A stretch of DNA of 43,553 bases from an uncultured Myxococcales bacterium. GTDB taxonomy: Bacteria > Myxococcota_A > Bradymonadia > UBA7976 > UBA1532. The notes under the pieces are model-generated. The model searched no databases. It had not been told where the DNA came from and worked only from the letters and a program-made list of their open reading frames with translations. This document shows, piece after piece, positions 37,591-43,553 of the stretch (its first letter is position 1; each line of letters starts with the position of its first letter). The stretch lies in NCBI GenBank assembly GCA_937902595.1, contig CALELH010000620.1:1-43553 (forward strand). Reading direction: 5' to 3'. The translations under genes and the position numbers were made by a program.

Positions 37591-37982
37591 CGCGCAAACG
37601 AGACAAGATTGACGCTTTGTTGACCGACGCTGTCGATGGCGAGACCTCGAATGAGGTCCTAAATGTGCTCAAGGAGTCTGATCTCCAGGAGGAGTTCGAG
37701 ACAGCGGACAGCGTCCGGACGTTGCTCGCTGGTGTCGAATCCGAGCCTGTTCCGAATCAATTCGTTGCAAAAGTAACTCAAAGGGTGCGCCGTCGAACGG
37801 GGGGCCGCTATTTCCATCCAGCTGACCGACCATTTGGAATGCTCGTTTCAATCGATGCCTTTATAGTGCTCGCCGTCGCTGTCATGGCTGCCTGTTGGTT
37901 TCTTCTCAACCCAGCCGTAGATGTTCCAGCTGAGCGCGTCGATTTCCCTCCCAAGATTGAAGCACCGAAGGGTACTCCATAG
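37587..37982 (+). CDS. Putative membrane anti-sigma factor
   Basis: ATGA-coupled to the ECF sigma; LLTDAVDGE N-terminus resembles anti-sigma domains; single TM; no HxxxCxxC. Confidence 0.6.
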   Translation: MTRKRDKIDALLTDAVDGETSNEVLNVLKESDLQEEFETADSVRTLLAGVESEPVPNQFVAKVTQRVRRRTGGRYFHPADRPFGMLVSIDAFIVLAVAVMAACWFLLNPAVDVPAERVDFPPKIEAPKGTP

Positions 37983-38033
37983 AGTCAATCTATGACTCAC
38001 CCAAGCCCATAAACATCACGTACTCCCACGGAC

Positions 38034-40232
38034 TCACTTTCGCTCCGCCAGGCTGAACGTGGGCGCCTCAACACGCAGATGTCTCCCGAGGTATACCCGA
38101 ACCAAACCATGTTCATCTGTCCTCCAGAGAGGAATCTCGAGACCACGAATACGCCTAACGACCTCTGAGTGGGGAAAACCGTATCGGTTATCCAATCCTA
38201 AACTCGCGACTGCGTACCGCGGTTGCACGACCTGGAGCATACGACGGCCGGTGCTCGTGCGACTGCCATGATGACCGAGCTTCAATACGTCGACCCGGCC
38301 CGGGTTCATGGCGGCCAACCTCGCCTCTCCCGCGCGCTCAAGATCACCAGTCAAGAGGACCGACCCCGAATATCCATCTATACGCACCGCGATGGACCCA
38401 TCATTCTCCGACATCCAGGAGGACCTCAAAGAAGGGAACGTTCTCACATGAAATCGACCAAAATGGTTGTCCGTACGACCCGCTTCTCGAATCTCAACGC
38501 CCGTCTCTTGGGCGTACTCCAAGATCCTTTGCCAGGCTTGATTATCCGTAGTCCGCCAGGGATGAATGAGGCGTACGACCTTAAAGTCCCTCAGGATTGA
38601 AGTCAGTCCCAAGAAGTGGTCCGGGTGGTAGTGGGTGACGATCACTTCATCCAGGGTGTGGACGCCCATGAACCGTAGATATCCACGCAAGTGGTATGCC
38701 TGCGCGGATGGTCCGGCGTCAATGAGCACCGCCTTACCCGCAGACCTCAATAAGATGGCATCCCCCTGGCCAACGGACACAAAATCGACGGCATCGTCCT
38801 CTGGTCGAAGGTGTAACGCGCCACAAACTAAGAGCGTCGTGAGCAGGAAAGACAAGACGCGCCAGCGGAGAAAGAGCGGACAAACAAATAAAACGAGCCA
38901 GAGAGGAGTTGTCCAGCGACCAACCACCCATAGTCCACCAAACAAGTCGGCTATAGATTCGTTCAGGGCGACGAGAAGCTCTGCGACATGCGCTGCCCAA
39001 CTCAAAGGCGTCGTCGTGAGGGGTGAGCATAAGAAGCCGAAGAACCCAAAGGGGATTACGAATCCACTGGCAAGCGGCGTGATCACAAGATTTGAGAGAG
39101 CTGCTCCCGGAACCACGACACCAAAATGCCACGCCTGGACTGGCATAGTCGCGACGCTGGCTGCTACAGCAGTTCTAAGCCAAGACAGTGGCCCGCCATC
39201 ACCACTCGCGAAGATCAAGAGCGTGAGAACAACGCCGAAAGACAATTGGAACCCGACGGTCGAGATCACGGATGGCTGCGCCGCGATTAACATGATGGCC
39301 GCCAACCCCAAGGTGTTCGTAGTCGACTGTCGCCGTCCAAAGGCCACACACAGCAACATGACCCCAGCCATAACTCCTGCCCGTTGGGCGCTGATGGGGA
39401 GCTGCGCCAAGAGGATGTAGCCGATCATAGGAGGAAGCGCAGCTAACGCCGCCCAGCGGTGGGCACGCCGCCACCCCAAGGTGAGACCAACGCTTAAAAA
39501 GAAGAAGAATACGATCCAGACAGTCACGGCTACGTGAAGTCCGCTCACCGCGAGTAAATGTGCTGTTCCAGCTGACTCAAAGGAGGCAAGAGCGGTCTGT
39601 GGCACGGCTTTACGGTCACCGAGCAGCACACCCGTGAGTACGCCTGCGCCATAGGATGGCTCAATAGACTCTAGAATCTTGCGCCCGGCCGACCTCATCC
39701 GAAAGATCAACTGTGACAGTCCGTTGGCGGGTCTTAGGAGCTCGACCGGACCACGACTCGACCAAAGAACACCAACGGCACCATAGGTGGCGCTAGCGTC
39801 AAAACCCCCTGGATTGGATCGTGGCAACAATCGAGTGAAAGGCCCCTCGACGATGACATTCGATCCCGGTGAAACCCCTCTAAGAGGACGACTAAGCGTC
39901 ACCTTTACTGAGGATTTAGTGGAGGGCGAAACATCGACAATGACTAAAGCCTTAGAGGCCATAATCTTGACGGATCGTACTCGGCCAGGCAGGCGGTCGT
40001 AGAGAGAGAGGTCCTCATCTTGAGTTCCTCTCTGTTGCTCCAATTGACCGCAGATAGCACCGGCTACGAAGACCACACAGGTCAAGAAATAGGCGGGGTC
40101 ATATCGATGGAGAGCGAGGGCGCCTATCAAGGCCAATGGGATGGTCCAAGACCAGCTGATGGGAAGCCATCCAAAGGTCACTCCTAGGCTCATCGCAAAC
40201 GCTAAGATAAGCCACCGGTTCGTTGATTCCAT
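38034..40232 (-). CDS. comEC: DNA internalization competence protein ComEC/Rec2
   Basis: NPGGFD, AHLLAVSGLHV, GFQLSF, SVGQGDA, THYHPDH, TGDLE, KLGHHGS. Start placed at the ATG at 40232. Confidence 0.93.
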   Translation of the reverse strand: MESTNRWLILAFAMSLGVTFGWLPISWSWTIPLALIGALALHRYDPAYFLTCVVFVAGAICGQLEQQRGTQDEDLSLYDRLPGRVRSVKIMASKALVIVDVSPSTKSSVKVTLSRPLRGVSPGSNVIVEGPFTRLLPRSNPGGFDASATYGAVGVLWSSRGPVELLRPANGLSQLIFRMRSAGRKILESIEPSYGAGVLTGVLLGDRKAVPQTALASFESAGTAHLLAVSGLHVAVTVWIVFFFFLSVGLTLGWRRAHRWAALAALPPMIGYILLAQLPISAQRAGVMAGVMLLCVAFGRRQSTTNTLGLAAIMLIAAQPSVISTVGFQLSFGVVLTLLIFASGDGGPLSWLRTAVAASVATMPVQAWHFGVVVPGAALSNLVITPLASGFVIPFGFFGFLCSPLTTTPLSWAAHVAELLVALNESIADLFGGLWVVGRWTTPLWLVLFVCPLFLRWRVLSFLLTTLLVCGALHLRPEDDAVDFVSVGQGDAILLRSAGKAVLIDAGPSAQAYHLRGYLRFMGVHTLDEVIVTHYHPDHFLGLTSILRDFKVVRLIHPWRTTDNQAWQRILEYAQETGVEIREAGRTDNHFGRFHVRTFPSLRSSWMSENDGSIAVRIDGYSGSVLLTGDLERAGEARLAAMNPGRVDVLKLGHHGSRTSTGRRMLQVVQPRYAVASLGLDNRYGFPHSEVVRRIRGLEIPLWRTDEHGLVRVYLGRHLRVEAPTFSLAERK

Positions 40233-40405
40233 TGGTCGAAGGATCTCCCTATCAGTGTCCAAAGGACTAATCGGACAACTGAGGGGCCCGTTGCGGAAAA
40301 GGTGAGAACATAGCGAAGCTAGGTGTCCGATCATTGACCGCATTCCGGAGTTCGTGATAGCCCGCGGTAACCCCATTGCTGTTGGGGCATAGTCAAGAGG
40401 TGTAC

Positions 40406-41773
40406 ATGCGGCGGTATATCGTCCTCGGTGTTTTGAGCTTTGCGGTCTTCGCGGGTTTCGCGGGGGCCAGGCTTAAGATTCACACCCAAGACAACCACTT
40501 TGTTTACCTCGCAGACTCCTTCCTGAACGGTCAGGTTGAGCTCACTCGTAAACCACATCATGGGAACGATTGGGCGAGCTACGAGCGTATGAAGCTCAAG
40601 GGAGAGTCAGCGAATCAACACGGGGCCGAGGTGAAAGGCTTCTTTACTCGCCGTAAGGGCAAACCCAACGAATTTAGGACGCTCCAGGGAGAAAACCTCA
40701 CCATCCCAAAGAAGGATCGAGGAGAACGAAAGACCCATCACTATGTCTCCTTTCCGCCGGGTCCTGCGGTGCTGATGATGCCGTTCGTTGCCGCCGTGGG
40801 CTATGGGACGAATGATGTCCTCTTCACGATCCTCTTCGCGTCTATCAACGCGGTGCTCTTCTTCATACTTCTCTGTCGGTTTAGAGAAGATGGATACACC
40901 GACCGAGACGACAAGCAGCTTCTCTGGTTTACGGCCTTATTCATCTTCGGAACCGCGCATTTCTGGTGTGGGGTCATGGGCAGAGTCTGGTTTACTGCGC
41001 TGATCATTGGCGTGACTTTTCACCTACTCTATATTTATTTCGCGCTGAACGCGCGCCGACCCTTGCTCGCCGGCCTCTGCTTGGCGGTCGCTTTCTCGAG
41101 CCGGGCGAGTCTGGTCTTCGCGGCGTCTTTCTTCTATTGGCAATTGCTGCGCCCCAAGGGGGATGAGGACACGGGGGAAGATCGATGGAGGAAGGCGGCG
41201 CTCTTCTCGGCCCCTTGCCTAGTCATCGGCCTAACGCTGCTCTATTACAACCAGGTGCGCTTTGCGAACCCGCTCGAGTTTGGACACACTTATTTGGCCG
41301 GCGGCTCCCTCGCTCGCATCCGTGACTTCGGTCTCTTCCACGCTGAGTTCCTGAACCGAAATCTAACCGCCGCCTTCACCCTATTGCCGCGATTTACTGA
41401 TTCAGCTCCATTCATTCAATTTAGTAAGCATGGCATGAGCATCTTTCTGACGACCCCCGCTCTCATCTGGCTACTGTGGCCTAAAGAATCGAATGCAATG
41501 CATCGACCGCTCTGGATCGCGACGGCGTGCGTTGGTGTCCCTCTCCTCTTCTATCAAAACACCGGCTGGGAGCAGTTCAGCTACCGCTTCATCCTCGATG
41601 TACTTCCGTATCTCGTTCTCTTGTTGGTGGCCGGCGCCCGACCGATGACGCGGACCTTTAAAACGCTGATCATCGTCGGAATATTGATTAACGCCCTCGG
41701 CGCGGCGACATTCCAGCGCGCGGGCATGGGCTCATTGTATGGCCATCACATGACTGAAGAGCCGAAACGCTGA
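40406..41773 (+). CDS. Polytopic membrane protein, probable GT-C-fold glycosyltransferase-like
   Basis: GAGGT RBS; TM1, then a large loop with YVSFPPGPAVLMMP, about 10 further TMs, and GWEQFSYRFILD near the C-terminus. Confidence 0.6.
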   Translation: MRRYIVLGVLSFAVFAGFAGARLKIHTQDNHFVYLADSFLNGQVELTRKPHHGNDWASYERMKLKGESANQHGAEVKGFFTRRKGKPNEFRTLQGENLTIPKKDRGERKTHHYVSFPPGPAVLMMPFVAAVGYGTNDVLFTILFASINAVLFFILLCRFREDGYTDRDDKQLLWFTALFIFGTAHFWCGVMGRVWFTALIIGVTFHLLYIYFALNARRPLLAGLCLAVAFSSRASLVFAASFFYWQLLRPKGDEDTGEDRWRKAALFSAPCLVIGLTLLYYNQVRFANPLEFGHTYLAGGSLARIRDFGLFHAEFLNRNLTAAFTLLPRFTDSAPFIQFSKHGMSIFLTTPALIWLLWPKESNAMHRPLWIATACVGVPLLFYQNTGWEQFSYRFILDVLPYLVLLLVAGARPMTRTFKTLIIVGILINALGAATFQRAGMGSLYGHHMTEEPKR

Positions 41774-41860
41774 GAGGCTGAAGCCAAGTGCGCACTCAGC
41801 GATCCAGCAATCAGCCCGGTGTGATATAAGTGTTCGCAGTCAGATATAGGGAGAGAGAGC

Positions 41861-43186
41861 ATGAGCGGCTCATCGAATGGAGAGCCACCTGAGTTACCGC
41901 CGCCATCAAGAGGCTCGTCTAAGGCTCGACCCTCAAGTCAACGCTCGGTGACTGAATCCACGCTCATCGATACATCTCCCTCAAGTTCAAGACAGCTGAT
42001 CAGTGATTCAACGGGTCAGGCACGACGGACGCCCGCTTCGAGCAGTCAAGGCGGTGGTGCTCCCATGAATATGGACTCCATGAACGCTACGGAGCCTCCA
42101 GCAACCGAGGTGACCGCCACGGCAAAGGATTTGAAGGCGCGCGGCGGCCTACTAGAGCTCAATGAGTCTCCCCGACATGTCCGCGTTCGGAACATGTCTA
42201 CGTCGGAGAAAGGTGACCGCTCATTCGTTCGCGGACGCCTCGTGGTCGTGTCCGATTTGGCTGCGGGTCTTTACATATATCTGGACGCACCATTACTCAC
42301 CGTGGGGCGCGGTCGGGATGCCGACGTCATGGTTCTAGATGATGGTGTGAGTAGACTCCATGCACGACTCGTTCGACACGAAGACGGATTCCGGATCATT
42401 GACGCCGACAGTGAAAATGGCACCTATCTGAACGGTCGTTCGATTCGAGAGGCTGAATTATACGATGGAGATGTGATCGCACTGGGACAAACACAACTCC
42501 AATACGAGGGCGTAGGATGGCGTCGAAGACTCGCCGAGCGGCCCTCAATGGTTCCAGCTGTGTTTCAGTCTGGAGAGGCATCCAGCGATGGTAGCGCCAC
42601 CGTATGGCCCAATTTCGTAATCGCCGCGCTGACGACCTTCATTTTCGTCGCGCTCGTGTCTCTACTGCGAGGGCCTATGGCCCCAGAGCCCAAGGCGATC
42701 GCTCAAGAATGGTACACACGCGCACAACAGTCGGTCACAGAATCCAGATGGCTCGACGCCCGTGATGAAATCGAGATCGCGAAAGTCTTAGGACTAGCGA
42801 AGGCTCCATACGAGGCTCTCATCCACCAGGTTGAGCGAGAAATGGCTGATGAGGAACTCACCCACATGATCCATGGGAGCATCGTCGCTGGACAGCCGAT
42901 CTCGACAATAAAAACCCTCCAGGAGAGAGTCTCTAAGAACACCCCGACCGCACAGAGGATCAGTCAAGCCGTATCCAAAGAGGTCGACCGTCGAGTTGCT
43001 CGGTGGCTGAGAGATGCAAAGCGCGCCCACATGGCCGCAGACCACGATCGGGCGTTACTCCGATTGGATAGAATCTTAGACCTCCGCCCAGAAAACGCGG
43101 AAGCCAAGCGCTTAAGACTGAACCTTCAGGTTCCTAACTTACCGACGCGCCCCGGTCAGCCAGAAGACCAGAAACAACATCAATAA
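41861..43186 (+). CDS. FHA domain protein with TM helix and TPR-like external domain
   Basis: TVGRG, GVSRLHA, SENGTYLNG, GDVIALG (FHA); TM; helical C-terminus; disordered Ser/Thr-rich N-terminus. Confidence 0.88.
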   Translation: MSGSSNGEPPELPPPSRGSSKARPSSQRSVTESTLIDTSPSSSRQLISDSTGQARRTPASSSQGGGAPMNMDSMNATEPPATEVTATAKDLKARGGLLELNESPRHVRVRNMSTSEKGDRSFVRGRLVVVSDLAAGLYIYLDAPLLTVGRGRDADVMVLDDGVSRLHARLVRHEDGFRIIDADSENGTYLNGRSIREAELYDGDVIALGQTQLQYEGVGWRRRLAERPSMVPAVFQSGEASSDGSATVWPNFVIAALTTFIFVALVSLLRGPMAPEPKAIAQEWYTRAQQSVTESRWLDARDEIEIAKVLGLAKAPYEALIHQVEREMADEELTHMIHGSIVAGQPISTIKTLQERVSKNTPTAQRISQAVSKEVDRRVARWLRDAKRAHMAADHDRALLRLDRILDLRPENAEAKRLRLNLQVPNLPTRPGQPEDQKQHQ

Positions 43187-43535
43187 CCTCTTGAATCTCA
43201 AAAGGTTTATCGAGGTATGCGTCGGCTCCATATAGAGGTGATGTCATCTCATTTACCGTACGACCGATCGCCGTCAACATCACCACTGCGATGTCCTTGT
43301 ACTCATCCTTGCTTCGGATGTACTTGCACAGCTCCCATCCAGACAGCGTCGGCATCATCACATCTAGAATAACCAGGTCAGGCTGATGACCAATGATCAA
43401 CTCAAGAGCCTCTTCGCCATCCTTAGCCTGAATCACCTCTCCTTCAAGAGAAGCTAGTGATCGGCTCAAGATGCGCCGAATCTCGATATCGTCGTCGGCT
43501 AGCATAATCAGCGGCCGGCCGTACTCTTCGCTCAT
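43134..43535 (-). CDS. Stand-alone response regulator receiver protein
   Basis: LADDD, PDLVILDVMMP, MLTA, GADAYLDKPF; GAGGT RBS before the ATG at 43535. Confidence 0.92.
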   Translation of the reverse strand: MSEEYGRPLIMLADDDIEIRRILSRSLASLEGEVIQAKDGEEALELIIGHQPDLVILDVMMPTLSGWELCKYIRSKDEYKDIAVVMLTAIGRTVNEMTSPLYGADAYLDKPFEIQEVIDVVSGLLADRGASVS

Positions 43536-43553
43536 GGGTACCTCACTCATTAG

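Noticed and set aside
38635-39420. 261-aa plus-strand ORF (likewise 31572-32282, 1467-2087, 3914-4564)
   Set aside because: Lie wholly within well-supported genes on another frame or strand; composition is shadow-like.

Overview
Gene-dense chromosomal window with no visible tRNA/rRNA, CRISPR array or mobile element, probably from a Myxococcota-like deltaproteobacterium. That assignment is inferred from two myxobacterial-type Hanks kinases (IHRDVSPQN), a MYXO-CTERM-like motif, Cys/Asp-rich lipoproteins, an FHA protein and a non-canonical Hsp70/J-protein pair. Housekeeping genes (plsC, panBC, prmC, gpsA, tsaB, rseP, cdsA, ffh, comEC) alternate with large cell-envelope and signalling genes. The most striking element is the 1403-aa ORF at 30391-34602. 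Its N-terminal half is a lipoprotein with motifs resembling both halves of eukaryotic BPI/LBP (TULIP) lipid-binding proteins and ends in an internal MYXO-CTERM-like sorting tag. The tag runs in frame, with no stop, into a second lipoprotein signal peptide and a Cys-rich/beta-propeller half, so the ORF looks like a two-lipoprotein polyprotein. Other notable items: a Kazal/antistasin surface lipoprotein behind a sigma54-type promoter, a sulfatase-fold membrane protein with degenerate catalytic motifs coupled to an SH3/beta-barrel gene, a lid-less Hsp70 coupled to a receiver-like/J/TPR protein, and RseP with an extra C-terminal domain. All calls come from motif recognition by eye; no database searches were run.
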